IMG/VR virus record: IMGVR_UViG_3300027509_000003
Source: a virus
Reading direction: 5' to 3' (one strand)
Length of the DNA stretch: 55,666 bases
Made by a program: the position numbers and the translations under genes. Shown piece by piece: positions 7,870 through 17,024 of this stretch. The notes beneath the pieces were generated by a model. That model saw only the letters and a program-made list of their open reading frames with translations. It was not told the DNA's origin and did no database searches. The number at the start of each line of letters is the position of its first letter. Position 1 is the stretch's first letter.

Positions 7870-9281
7870 GTGGAGTACTCCGGAGCGAGCCACGCCTCCA
7901 TGGTCAAATCAGTCAATTCGCGGAACGGCCGCGGGTCGCATGACGTTTGAATCGCTATCCAATACTGGTCGCCGCAAGTCATCGCACCGCAAGACTCGAC
8001 GCTCAGAGCCCCAGTCCTGCATTCGCCGGTGACGCACCTCGAGCGGACCGTCCCTTCCCGGCCGTCCCAGGTCAACACTTCATAGCTATCGAGCCGTGGG
8101 ATCTCCAACGCGTGAACCGGTTTCACATTGCAGTAGAACGCGTTCCCAGCAACGGTCATAGGGTCCGGGATCCCCGGTGACGCCTTCCACACCAAGACCC
8201 GCACATTGTCCACCGGGTCCTGACCGTTACGCAGTTCAACAATTGGGACCGCAACAATCGACGCCGGCAGCGACGGCGTCAACAGGCTCATCGTCCGCCA
8301 CGATGCCGGCTGTCGGAACCCGCCGCGTGACTGGATCCGGCCGCCGCGCCGCACCCGGGCCCGGGCCGGGGAACACGCCCCAGTCGGATGGTTCCCGGCA
8401 CACACGGTGCACGCCGGATCGGTGATGATGATCCGACCGACGTGGCAACCCGGAGGCGGACCATCTTTGCAGTCAGTGACAACGCTTTCTTCGAGCAGCG
8501 GCAAGTCCATCTGGGTGAGTTCCCCAACCCGGATCGGGTTCCCGTGGGTCTGACCGGACCGCACCGAAAACCGGATCACGATCCGCCGACTGAAACAGTT
8601 CGGGATCACCCGATCAGTGAGCGCGTCGATCGACTCGAACCGTACGCCGGCGAGATCACGGACGCCGTCGTCATACATCATCCGGGCCGGCGGCGGATCT
8701 CCCAACGGCGCCGCAATGTAGTGGTCATCGTCGCCGAGCGTCAGAACCGGCCGGGCCGGGTCCAGCGCGGGTGCCGCCGCTGGGGTGGTGTCCTCGCAAG
8801 GGCAATGCCCCAACCCGCGCAACCGGAAATCGTTGCACCGCAAGCACTCAGACCGGTACACCCGGTTCGCCCAATTGAGCCACGCTTCCAACCCGCGTTC
8901 AGACGTAGCGAACACGGTCCCTGTCTGAGTGAGGTATGGCCGCAGTGGCGTGTCGGCCTCAGCGATCCGGGAAGACGCCCCGTATTCGAGGATGGTCCCG
9001 AGGCCATCGTTCGGGTTGTACGCATCCGGGAGAAACCCGAGCGCTTCCCACGTCGCCGGGTTCATCGGGTCCACCCACGGCGCTCCGTCACTCAGCGGCG
9101 TGTCATAGGCACCGGTGTTGTAGGTCCAGCACCCGCACCCGGTCGGGCAGTTCGATCTGATCCGAACATGGTTTGGCAGCAAGTTCTTGATGTAGGTGCA
9201 TGTGCGCGCCCGGTTCAATACCTCGGTGCACACCCCGGAGCACTGGTCATGCATCTGCAGGTACCCGTGGAAGTTACGCAT
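7866..9281 (-). CDS. Minor tail protein (distal-tail-protein position), Cys-rich
   Basis: 471 aa. The start overlaps the tape-measure stop by 8 nt. 22 Cys by count. Confidence 0.5.
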   Translation of the reverse strand: MRNFHGYLQMHDQCSGVCTEVLNRARTCTYIKNLLPNHVRIRSNCPTGCGCWTYNTGAYDTPLSDGAPWVDPMNPATWEALGFLPDAYNPNDGLGTILEYGASSRIAEADTPLRPYLTQTGTVFATSERGLEAWLNWANRVYRSECLRCNDFRLRGLGHCPCEDTTPAAAPALDPARPVLTLGDDDHYIAAPLGDPPPARMMYDDGVRDLAGVRFESIDALTDRVIPNCFSRRIVIRFSVRSGQTHGNPIRVGELTQMDLPLLEESVVTDCKDGPPPGCHVGRIIITDPACTVCAGNHPTGACSPARARVRRGGRIQSRGGFRQPASWRTMSLLTPSLPASIVAVPIVELRNGQDPVDNVRVLVWKASPGIPDPMTVAGNAFYCNVKPVHALEIPRLDSYEVLTWDGREGTVRSRCVTGECRTGALSVESCGAMTCGDQYWIAIQTSCDPRPFRELTDLTMEAWLAPEYST

Positions 9282-12270
9282 TTCGAGCTCTCGCTATCTG
9301 GCGGCGGACAGCTGCGCCGACCTGGGTCCCCCACAACGGGGCCGGCCCGGCCGGCGGCGGGCCGGTCACGTTCACGATCACGTCGCCGATCGACTGGTCA
9401 ACACTCGACGGTTCACCGCTGCCGGCAGCAGCCGGTTCCGGCGGGGCGATCATCGCGGCGAGTTCCCGGAAGAACCCCCCGTCGTCGAATTTCGCGAGGA
9501 GCCCAGCGTTATGACGGAACGGTTGCCCAGCGTTCAAAGCGAGTTCTTCGTTGTTGTTTTCCGCCAGTCGGAACACGGACCCGCCCGGTCGGGGCTTCAC
9601 GATGCCGCCCAACGCCAACCCCGGGATGCGACTGGCCAAACCGCCGATGCCGTCAACAACTCCGGACACTGACGGGATCCGCCCAATGGCCGATATCAAA
9701 GATTCGACGGCGCCGATCGCTGATTGGATCGGACTTGTCAGCGTGCTGACCGCTGACGCTACAGACCCGAACACGCTGGAAGCGATCGACCCGAGAGTCG
9801 AGAACGGCGGCCCGGTGAACACGCTGGTCACGGCGCTGATAGCTGACGTGACCCCGGACCGCAGAATCCCCAACGCAGCCGATGTCGCCGAGTTCACCGT
9901 CGACCACGCCGAACTGACCGCAGAAGTCACCGTTGAAAATGCGGACGTGATCGTTGATGTCAGCGCTGACAACGCTGCGCTCACCGCTCCGGTAACAGCG
10001 GACCACGCCGCTGAGGTAGCACCGGTCACTGCGGACCACGCCGAACTGACCGTGGATGTCACCGCCGACAACGCTGCGGAGATTGTGGACGTCACCGATG
10101 ACCACGCAGCCGATGTCGCTCCGGTCACCGCTGACCACCCCGCCGAAATAGCGCCGGTCACGCCGCTGATCCATCCGGAAACGGTGCCGCTGATAGACGC
10201 CGTCGCTGATGACACCGTGCCGCTGATGGCCTCCCACACCCCGGAGAACAAGACGGCAAGCTCTCCGAACACCGGACCGAAAAGGTTACCCAGGATCTCA
10301 AACAGGCCAGTGATGCGGATGACCACGATGTCGATCAGACCGGTGATGATCCCCTGCAGCGAAGTCCACGCCCCGGAGAAGTCACCGGTGATGAGCTGCG
10401 CCACCAGGTTGATGACATCAATGATGACACCGAACGCCGGTCCGACCTGCTCGATCAGTATTCCGATGAACGGGATGACCACATCAGTGACCAGGAACTG
10501 CAGCGCCGCGGTGACCGCCTCAACGTCGAGACGTTGAAACGCCGCTGACACCTCCGCTATTGCCGCCTGCAACGCTGGAGCGACATCAGTGGCGAATGAT
10601 TCCACGATGGTGCCCAGGACAGGCCCCAGAACCTCAGCGAATTGTGACAGGATCGGCCCGACAGACTCGAACGCCGTTTGGAACACCGCAGATATTTGCG
10701 GTCCGAGACCGGAAAGAGACTCAGCGAACGGGCTGAGTACTTCGCCGACGGCAGTGAACGCTGACGACAACCCGGCGCTGATCTGCGGTGCCACACTCAA
10801 CGCCAAATCGAGGCCTGCAGCAACAAACGGTGTGATGGCCTCAGCGGCGCCGAGGAACGCTATCTGGGCTTGGGACTTGATCCTGTCGAACGTCCGGCCG
10901 AGGGTGTCGTCCATGACTTCATAGGCGGTGCCGGTAGCGCCGGCGGTCTCACCGAACTCATCCAGCACACCTTGAAAATCCTCAGCGTTCTTGCCGGTCA
11001 ACGCCAGGATTGCCTGGCCAGCTTCGACCGACCCGAACAGTTCATTTGTGCCGACGCCGGCGTCAGCCGCGGCGGTCTCGAGGATGTCGAGCGCTCCGGC
11101 GAGGTCACCGCCGTTGGCGATGAACTGCGGGAACGTTTCACCCGATACTTCCTGAAACGCTTCATTGACTGATGAACCGGAGTCCTGCAGCTCAGCCAGC
11201 GCGCCTTTCAGCTGGGTGGTCGCCACCGACGTCGGTGTACCGAGCGATGTGATCTGGGCGAGCGCCGCGGCAACGTCATCGAACTCGACGCCCAACGACG
11301 ACGCGATCGGGGCCACATCAAAGATGGTGGATGACAGCTGATTGAAGTCCGTTTTACCGAGCCTGACAGCGGTGAAAAGCGCGTCGCTCGCCTCAGCAGT
11401 CGACAAGACATCTGACCCGTAGGCGTTCGTGACCGACGTCAACCCGTCGACCGCGGTCTCGAGATCCGATACGCCGGCGATCGCCGCTTCGTTTGCCTGC
11501 CCCAAGAAATCGAAAACGCTGTCCGTCGGCACCCCGGCAGAAATGGCCTGATAGAGCGCCGGGAGCACATCGTTGGTGGTCAGCCCTGCCTCCAGGGCGA
11601 ACGCTTTGATCTCATCACCGAGCGCGCCGATCCCGGCGTTATCGAGCCCGGGCAACAAGGTGGTCACTTCCGCCAACCCGGTCTCGAACGAAGCGAACGA
11701 CGTGACCAGAGTCCCGGCAGTAGCGGCGAGGCCGGCCAACCCGGCGGCGGGTCCCGCTATCGGCAGAGACCCGAGGGCGCCGCCTAGGCCGGTGACTGAT
11801 GTCCCGAGGCTGGCGATCTGGCCGGCGGCGTCCTGGATGCCGGCGGTGTTCACATCAACGTCGACGCTGACCCGTTGGCTCAGCCTCGATATCAGGCTTT
11901 CCGCTTCCCGCACGTCACCGGTCGCTACCTCGACCGCGACATCGACGGTGTCAGACAGACCGGCGATCAGACCTTCCGCCGCGGCGAGGTCCCCAACGCC
12001 GACTTCGACGCCGACGTCAACGGTGCCGCCCAGGTCAGCGATCAGACCTTCCGCAGCGGCAAGGTCACCAACGGCCACCTCCGGGCTGATGAGCGGGCTC
12101 AGCCCTTCAATGGCAGCGAGGTCAGACACCAACGAATCCAGGCCGGTGGAGTCAACGTCAATGCCGACGCTGACGGACCCGTTCAAGCTGGCGATCAGGC
12201 CTTCCAACGCCGTGAGCTCGTTAATGGCGCTGTCAGCTCTGATCTCGATTTCTACAACGCGGGGGGCCAT
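9274..12270 (-). CDS. Tail tape measure protein
   Basis: 998 aa, rich in Ala/Gly/Ser/Val, with no Cys. TP901-type core segments (TGLAEVTTLLPG, AISAGVPTDS, DALFTAVRLGKTDF). Contains internal repeats and follows the G/GT chaperones. Confidence 0.9.
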   Translation of the reverse strand: MAPRVVEIEIRADSAINELTALEGLIASLNGSVSVGIDVDSTGLDSLVSDLAAIEGLSPLISPEVAVGDLAAAEGLIADLGGTVDVGVEVGVGDLAAAEGLIAGLSDTVDVAVEVATGDVREAESLISRLSQRVSVDVDVNTAGIQDAAGQIASLGTSVTGLGGALGSLPIAGPAAGLAGLAATAGTLVTSFASFETGLAEVTTLLPGLDNAGIGALGDEIKAFALEAGLTTNDVLPALYQAISAGVPTDSVFDFLGQANEAAIAGVSDLETAVDGLTSVTNAYGSDVLSTAEASDALFTAVRLGKTDFNQLSSTIFDVAPIASSLGVEFDDVAAALAQITSLGTPTSVATTQLKGALAELQDSGSSVNEAFQEVSGETFPQFIANGGDLAGALDILETAAADAGVGTNELFGSVEAGQAILALTGKNAEDFQGVLDEFGETAGATGTAYEVMDDTLGRTFDRIKSQAQIAFLGAAEAITPFVAAGLDLALSVAPQISAGLSSAFTAVGEVLSPFAESLSGLGPQISAVFQTAFESVGPILSQFAEVLGPVLGTIVESFATDVAPALQAAIAEVSAAFQRLDVEAVTAALQFLVTDVVIPFIGILIEQVGPAFGVIIDVINLVAQLITGDFSGAWTSLQGIITGLIDIVVIRITGLFEILGNLFGPVFGELAVLFSGVWEAISGTVSSATASISGTVSGWISGVTGAISAGWSAVTGATSAAWSSVTSTISAALSAVTSTVSSAWSAVTGATSAAWSAVTGAVSAALSALTSTITSAFSTVTSAVSSAWSTVNSATSAALGILRSGVTSAISAVTSVFTGPPFSTLGSIASSVFGSVASAVSTLTSPIQSAIGAVESLISAIGRIPSVSGVVDGIGGLASRIPGLALGGIVKPRPGGSVFRLAENNNEELALNAGQPFRHNAGLLAKFDDGGFFRELAAMIAPPEPAAAGSGEPSSVDQSIGDVIVNVTGPPPAGPAPLWGTQVGAAVRRQIARARNA
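9817..10230 (-). repeat. In-frame 11-residue (33-nt) tandem repeats within the tape measure
   Basis: About 12 units of the type SAAWSAVTGAT / SAALSAVTSTV / SSAWSTVNSAT (aa ~681-818), with W, L or F recurring every 11 residues. Confidence 0.8.
11851..12075 (-). repeat. N-terminal repeats within the tape measure
   Basis: VGDLAAAEGLIADLGGTVDVGVEV is repeated as VGDLAAAEGLIAGLSDTVDVAVEV and again as TGDVREAESLISRLSQRVSVDVDV (aa ~66-140). Confidence 0.75.
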
Positions 12271-12276
12271 GGGCTC

Positions 12277-13001
12277 TCATTGTTCCACGTCGCCGCGCAG
12301 GAACCGATGCCGGATCCGGCGGCGTTGCTCCAGGATGGACATGGACGCCAACGGGTTCACCAGTAGCGACACGGCAAAGTCCAAAGCGACCCACCGGCCG
12401 GTCCCCCACCGTTCGATCATCACGTCGTCATACCCCGCGGCGCGGGAATGAGCAACAAACGCGATGGTGTTTTCCGCCGCCACGGCGGCTACTGCAAAAA
12501 AGAATCAGGGTCCGTGAGGATCCGGTTCAGCATCCCGTTGATAGCGGACCGGGCGTCAGACGCTGTGACCCCGTCGCGTTCTTCTTTGGACTTCTGCAGC
12601 CACGCCAGCTGGTCCCGCCGGTACTTCGCGGACGTTTGAGGCCCGAAGATCTGATCGATCATTGCTGATACCTGAGCGAGACCGTCACCTGCCTGGGTGG
12701 CCTGAGCGGCCAGAATCAGGATGTCGCGAGTTTCGCTGTCGGCGAGGTCGAGACGGACTTCGTACCGTCCCCACGGGAAATTCAGGATTACCGGGTCCTG
12801 CTCGGTGGCGCCGGTTTCGTTCACCGGCGGCGGGACAGGGTCGCGCTGCTCCTGTCCTGGGACAGGCTCTGGTGGCCGCACTGACGGAGACACCGCCCGC
12901 ATTGACGCCGGCAGCGGCGGATGCTCCGGTTCCGTGTTGGTGATGAACTCTTCGAAGTCGATCTCTTTGGGGGCGTTCGGGTCAGTTGTCATGGCGGCCA
13001 C
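12277..13001 (-). CDS. Tail assembly chaperone, GT-type fusion made by a programmed -1 frameshift
   Basis: Minus-strand T TTT TTG (12501-12495) sits in X XXY YYZ register two codons before the TAG. The -1 frame is open from there (..AVAAVAAENTIAF..) to 12277, which is 6 nt before the tape-measure ATG. Confidence 0.65.
12489..13001 (-). CDS. Tail assembly chaperone (G-type)
   Basis: 170 aa (GTG 13001, or ATG 12992). It ends ..DSFLQ-stop on the slippery run and lies directly upstream of the tape measure. Confidence 0.7.
   Translation of the reverse strand: MAAMTTDPNAPKEIDFEEFITNTEPEHPPLPASMRAVSPSVRPPEPVPGQEQRDPVPPPVNETGATEQDPVILNFPWGRYEVRLDLADSETRDILILAAQATQAGDGLAQVSAMIDQIFGPQTSAKYRRDQLAWLQKSKEERDGVTASDARSAINGMLNRILTDPDSFLQ
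12495..12501 (-). other. Slippery heptamer for -1 ribosomal frameshifting
   Basis: The minus strand reads GAT TCT TTT TTG CAG TAG. The heptamer T TTT TTG is in the zero-frame register. Confidence 0.65.
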
Positions 13002-13020
13002 GTTACCCGTCGCGCCGGGG

Positions 13021-13674
13021 TCAACCGATGAGCGATTCGAGCTTCGCTCGGAACCCGGACCAGCCGCCGGTCTCCCACGTGCTGATCGTCCCGGTCAGCC
13101 TCGGTCGGGTGCACCGCCGGCCGGGCGGCGCGCACCGGGCGAAACACTGGCACCATTTGTCTTCGATGCCCATAGCGAACGCGTTCATTTCCCGGGACCG
13201 CCAGAACGCGTGCGACGTGGTGGTGTGATTCTGGTTGCCGGCGGTAGGGCAGTCATGCGGGTCCGATGGGTACAACGGCGGGACCTCCCCGCATTGCTGG
13301 CACTCCCCGAGGATTGAATGGTCACCGTCGCACTGCGGGACGGTCTGGTCCAGGATCGTGGGGGACCCGCACCGGCCGACCACGAAATCGAACTGGTTGA
13401 AACACATTGTCACGCACGCCGCCCGGTCGTACTCCATCCGGATACCGGACGGCGAAAACAGCATGAATGAGCACTGGCACGGCGGAAGGTTCGGCAAACC
13501 CGCAGAACCGCGCCCGTACCCGGTGTGGGATGCGTACCGGTGCTTCACCTTTGGGAGCCCGCACGCAACAGCGATCTGTTGGGCGGCGGTGAGCAGGCAG
13601 CACCCGGCGCGGAACGGTAGGTCAGCCAGCTTGTCCGGCATCACCTCGACCTGGTCTATGTCGATGAGCGTCAC
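13021..13674 (-). CDS. Major tail (tube) protein candidate, extremely Cys-rich
   Basis: 217 aa (GTG 13674). The gene lies directly upstream of the chaperones. 16 Cys by count, including CC, CQC, CQQC and CQCFARC. Confidence 0.45.
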   Translation of the reverse strand: MTLIDIDQVEVMPDKLADLPFRAGCCLLTAAQQIAVACGLPKVKHRYASHTGYGRGSAGLPNLPPCQCSFMLFSPSGIRMEYDRAACVTMCFNQFDFVVGRCGSPTILDQTVPQCDGDHSILGECQQCGEVPPLYPSDPHDCPTAGNQNHTTTSHAFWRSREMNAFAMGIEDKWCQCFARCAPPGRRCTRPRLTGTISTWETGGWSGFRAKLESLIG

Positions 13675-13675
13675 G

Positions 13676-13993
13676 TCAGAATCCCATTTCGTCCATGGAT
13701 TGGTTCACGGCCTTATCCCACGTTTCCTGAGCGGTGACCTTGTTCCACCACCCGAGGTGAGGTTCCCTGTTGTCCCAGTACGTGCCGTAATCAAACTCGA
13801 GGACTCCGGCGCGGGTCGTTGATTCCAGCACGGCGAACAGGTTGGCCGGGCCGTCCACCAGGTCCACGCCCAGAGACAGCGCCCCGGTGTCGAATGGCAT
13901 GTCCGGATCTTCACGGGCCATCTCAATGAAGATCTCGACGGCGCGAACCATGACCGCTTCAAGGTCCTCGAGCAGTTCGTCAGCCAGGTTCAC
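13676..13993 (-). CDS. HK97 gp10-like neck/tail-completion protein, putative
   Basis: 105 aa with a GTGA overlap. AREDPDMPFDTGALSLGV and FDYGTYWDN resemble gp10-family motifs. Located between the adaptor-like gene and the tube candidate. Confidence 0.4.
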   Translation of the reverse strand: MNLADELLEDLEAVMVRAVEIFIEMAREDPDMPFDTGALSLGVDLVDGPANLFAVLESTTRAGVLEFDYGTYWDNREPHLGWWNKVTAQETWDKAVNQSMDEMGF

Positions 13994-14949
13994 TTCCCGG
14001 TCACCGGGTCAACGGTCACCACACCCCCACCACCGGCACCGGCTGTAAGCGGTTCTGCGGGCGGCACGGGCGGGTCGGGTGGAACGATGGGGCCGATGTC
14101 GTCGCACACCGGAGGAGGTGACCACGGCCCCCCAGCGGGAGTGTTCGGGGGGAACAACGGATCCGTGGCCGGGTTCCAGTTCGATTCGATGAACACCCGC
14201 CCGGTGTAGCGGGCCTCGTCCGGGTCAAGGATCCGGCTCGTGGACCCGCTCCGGTGGTACCGCATCACATGAGCCCCGACGCGGTCAATGTCGCGCTGAT
14301 CGATCGTGTACGTCCGGACGCCGTCGTTGTAGCTGGTCACCTTCCCCTTGACTTTGCAAAAGCTGGACCCGTAGTGCTTGAGCACCTGGGACCACCACAT
14401 CATGTCCCGCCACCGCAACACCACCGGCGGCGGCGCAGCCCCGTACCGCACAATCACAGACCACGTGCACGGCGACCCGTTGACCGCGTTCGGGTCCTGC
14501 AGCGGGTACATCCCCTGATGATTCACCAGCAGGTGATAGTCCTCGATCGACCAGCCGGACGTACCCACAGACACGCCGTTCACCCGGACGTCGATCAGTT
14601 CCAGGATCGGATACCCGACACCGCCGGACATCGGATCCCGCAGTTCCAAACCGTTGCGTTCGCACCCGCAGGAACACGGGCATCCGCACGGCTTACATGG
14701 CCGGAGTTGAGCGATGCAGCAACACCCCGGGTACCGGCGCGCCGTCTCATCGAACGCCATGTCGTTGGCCAGGTCAAGTTCGCATTGAAGCTGCTCAGCG
14801 GTGAACAGGTGAGCGCACGGATACAGGCCTTTACCGAAGTGCGGGTTTGGCCATGACCGGCACCCGGGCCCGCACGGCATCATCGGCGCGGTCAGAAGCG
14901 TTGACGCTCCGCCGGCAGGATCATCATCGGGTCCGGTTTCTTCATCCAT
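13990..14949 (-). CDS. Head-tail adaptor-like protein with a metallothionein-like Cys cluster
   Basis: 319 aa from ATG 14949. The ORF is open to 15018, but that stretch forms a strong hairpin. AEQLQCELDLANDMAFDETARRYPG resembles gp6-type connector N-termini. Contains GCCCIAQLRPCKPCGCPCSCGC and a Pro-rich C-terminus. Confidence 0.4.
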   Translation of the reverse strand: MDEETGPDDDPAGGASTLLTAPMMPCGPGCRSWPNPHFGKGLYPCAHLFTAEQLQCELDLANDMAFDETARRYPGCCCIAQLRPCKPCGCPCSCGCERNGLELRDPMSGGVGYPILELIDVRVNGVSVGTSGWSIEDYHLLVNHQGMYPLQDPNAVNGSPCTWSVIVRYGAAPPPVVLRWRDMMWWSQVLKHYGSSFCKVKGKVTSYNDGVRTYTIDQRDIDRVGAHVMRYHRSGSTSRILDPDEARYTGRVFIESNWNPATDPLFPPNTPAGGPWSPPPVCDDIGPIVPPDPPVPPAEPLTAGAGGGGVVTVDPVTGK

Positions 14950-14977
14950 CAGGTCCCCATCGTAAACCGGGCGCGAC

Positions 14978-15007
14978 TCGGGGGGCCGACCGAAGCCGAC
15001 CCCCCGA
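14978..15007 (-). terminator. 13-bp stem-loop with a UUCG tetraloop (attenuator or mRNA stabiliser)
   Basis: Minus-strand RNA UCGGGGGGUCGGC-UUCG-GUCGGCCCCCCGA (two G-U pairs), about 30 nt after the stop at 15037. No U-tract follows. Confidence 0.5.
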
Positions 15008-15036
15008 AGCCACTGCACTCTGGTGAATGGCCGATC

Positions 15037-15789
15037 CTATGCTGCGGCCCGTAGCAGCGGGCTCACCTCTGCGTCTTTGCTGCACGACGGGCACGAACAC
15101 GCCAGCACACCCAACGCTTCGAGCTCTGCGGCCTGCTCATAGGTCACATACATTTCAGACCATGGGGTCGTCACGCCGGCGCCTCGAGGGTCGATCCCCC
15201 ACGGGTCAGCGAAGTTCGCGTTCGTTTCTGATGTCGCGGTGAAGGTCCGGGGCTTGAACCCCTGACCGCGTTCGATGACCAGGCCGTTGGTCTTGAACCG
15301 CAAGCACCGCTGAATCAGTGCCACATAGGCAATGTCGGGGTGACGCTTTTTTCCGCACCATGCGTTGTGGAGCGTGATCAACCCCATCTTGTGCGGGCAC
15401 GTCGCGTTCTCAACCGAGCACGAAGGGCACTTTGACACGTCCTGTTCGGTGGGCTCCCAACCCAAACAGGCGCCGGTCTCCGGGTCGATGATCTCCTGGG
15501 CCCAGCCCTGCAGCGCCCAGAACTTTGGCATCTCGGTGGCGCACGTGGTGATCTCGTTTTCCCACCCGGTCCGAACCGGGTCGGTCTCAACCTCATGGCA
15601 CGGCTCACCGGTTTGGCCGCTCTCATCGGTGATGGTGGTGCCTTCCCGAAACAGTTCGGTCAGCTTCAGGTTGCTGATGCTGCAGTAGGCAAACGCCGGG
15701 TTGGTTGGGTCCACGATCCCGGTGCAATCTGTCGGGACCACGATGGTCCGGCAGATGTCATAGGCCGCATAGGAAATGTCTTCAGCCAT
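15037..15789 (-). CDS. Cys-rich virion-module protein (250 aa), abundant structural protein candidate
   Basis: ATG 15789 (MAEDISYAAY, 8-nt overlap upstream). 14 Cys by count, including CPSC twice. Last gene before the adaptor-like gene and followed by a strong hairpin. Confidence 0.5.
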   Translation of the reverse strand: MAEDISYAAYDICRTIVVPTDCTGIVDPTNPAFAYCSISNLKLTELFREGTTITDESGQTGEPCHEVETDPVRTGWENEITTCATEMPKFWALQGWAQEIIDPETGACLGWEPTEQDVSKCPSCSVENATCPHKMGLITLHNAWCGKKRHPDIAYVALIQRCLRFKTNGLVIERGQGFKPRTFTATSETNANFADPWGIDPRGAGVTTPWSEMYVTYEQAAELEALGVLACSCPSCSKDAEVSPLLRAAA

Positions 15790-16159
15790 GATCGGCCTCC
15801 TCAGTTGATTCGGTTTCTTCGGTGTTGCCGTCCATGGTCTCACTCTCATGGTCCGGTATCGATAGGACGATCATGGTGGCCAGTTCCCGGGTGGTGGTTT
15901 GCAAAGACCAGGTGAGCCCGTGGACGGCGGCCATCTCGACCAATCTGTCTCGTGTCAATGATTGGGTCAGCACGTCGACTGACGCGGTCTGGTCATCGGA
16001 CATGACGACCCGAACGGATGGTCGACCGGCCGGCCCCGGCGTGATGCCGGCGGCTTTGGCTTCGGTTTCGTTCTGGGCGCGCTGATCCCGGTACTCGGTG
16101 GGTGTCATCTCGGCGCGTTCCCACCAAGGGATCACTACTCCGGCAGGCAGGCGGGTCAT
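15782..16159 (-). CDS. Acidic protein with an HeH/SAP-like motif
   Basis: 125 aa with an ATGA overlap. Contains TRDRLVEMAAVHGLTWSLQTTTRELATMI and the acidic tail ETMDGNTEETESTEEADHG. Confidence 0.5.
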   Translation of the reverse strand: MTRLPAGVVIPWWERAEMTPTEYRDQRAQNETEAKAAGITPGPAGRPSVRVVMSDDQTASVDVLTQSLTRDRLVEMAAVHGLTWSLQTTTRELATMIVLSIPDHESETMDGNTEETESTEEADHG

Positions 16160-16728
16160 GGCTGCGGGAACGTCGACACGTCAGGCGTGTGGTTCACTCG
16201 GCGGGCGGGGACACAAAGCACACCATCCACCGAAACGTCGGCGGTCTCGATCCACTCCAGCTGATAGTTCCCTTCACACCGGCCGGCCGTGTTGATCTTG
16301 GTCCACTTGTCGTCGCCGATGTTGCGGCCCCACACGTCCCACGTCACGCAGTAGTAGGACCCCTGCGGCTGCAGAACGAAGACGCCTTCGTTGTTGTCTG
16401 GTCCCCCGGCCAGCGGCCTGGGGCTCACGTTGTGGCCAAGCGGGCACGTAGCGTACGTCAGAACCGGGCAGTCACGGTAGGTACCCAAAACCGACGGGTA
16501 CACGCCTTCGTACTGGCTCAGCAGCCCGTCAGCGCCCAGGAGCAGCTTCCCGCCCTGAGCGACGCTGTTCGTCGACAACGAATCCGGGCCGACTCCCGAC
16601 TCCATGCTCTCGGCTGGTGAACCGTCAGCGTTCTTGACGTTGATCGCAACGTCGACAACTTCGTACTCGTCCTTGTCGGGGCACATGATCCGGGTCGGTA
16701 CTGCGATGCAACGCGATGCAATGAACAC
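16156..16728 (-). CDS. Cys-containing virion-module protein
   Basis: 190 aa. GTG 16728 with GAAGGAG 5 nt upstream. 7 Cys by count. Confidence 0.55.
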   Translation of the reverse strand: MFIASRCIAVPTRIMCPDKDEYEVVDVAINVKNADGSPAESMESGVGPDSLSTNSVAQGGKLLLGADGLLSQYEGVYPSVLGTYRDCPVLTYATCPLGHNVSPRPLAGGPDNNEGVFVLQPQGSYYCVTWDVWGRNIGDDKWTKINTAGRCEGNYQLEWIETADVSVDGVLCVPARRVNHTPDVSTFPQP

Positions 16729-16730
16729 GT

Positions 16731-17024
16731 CTACTCCTTCTCTTCGGTCAGCGGGTCAGCGTCGAAAGCCGCGGCCGCTTCCTCTTTGGTTGCGAACAGG
16801 CCAGCCTCGACCAGGCCACCGATTGCTTCGTCTCGCGCTTCGGTCTCGGTCATCGGGCTGTGCTGCCCGTCGGCCATCAACGCTTCCTCAGCTTCGGCGA
16901 TCAACTCATCCGGCGGCACCGACGGATCATCGACGACAGATACTGGTCCTCTGCCTCGCCGTTCAGCGTTGCGGGCCCGCGACGCTTCCACCTCGTCGTT
17001 GGTTAGTCGTCGTCTTGATTTCAT
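16731..17024 (-). CDS. Hypothetical charged protein
   Basis: 97 aa with an ATGA overlap. Basic N-terminus (KSRRRL..RARNAERRGRG) and an acidic remainder. Confidence 0.55.
   Translation of the reverse strand: MKSRRRLTNDEVEASRARNAERRGRGPVSVVDDPSVPPDELIAEAEEALMADGQHSPMTETEARDEAIGGLVEAGLFATKEEAAAAFDADPLTEEKE

Noticed and set aside
12277-12483. 68-aa ORF treated as an independent gene between the chaperone and the tape measure.
   Set aside because: It has only a GTG start and no RBS. It is in the -1 frame of the upstream ORF directly after a T TTT TTG slippery site, so it is interpreted as the T part of a GT fusion.
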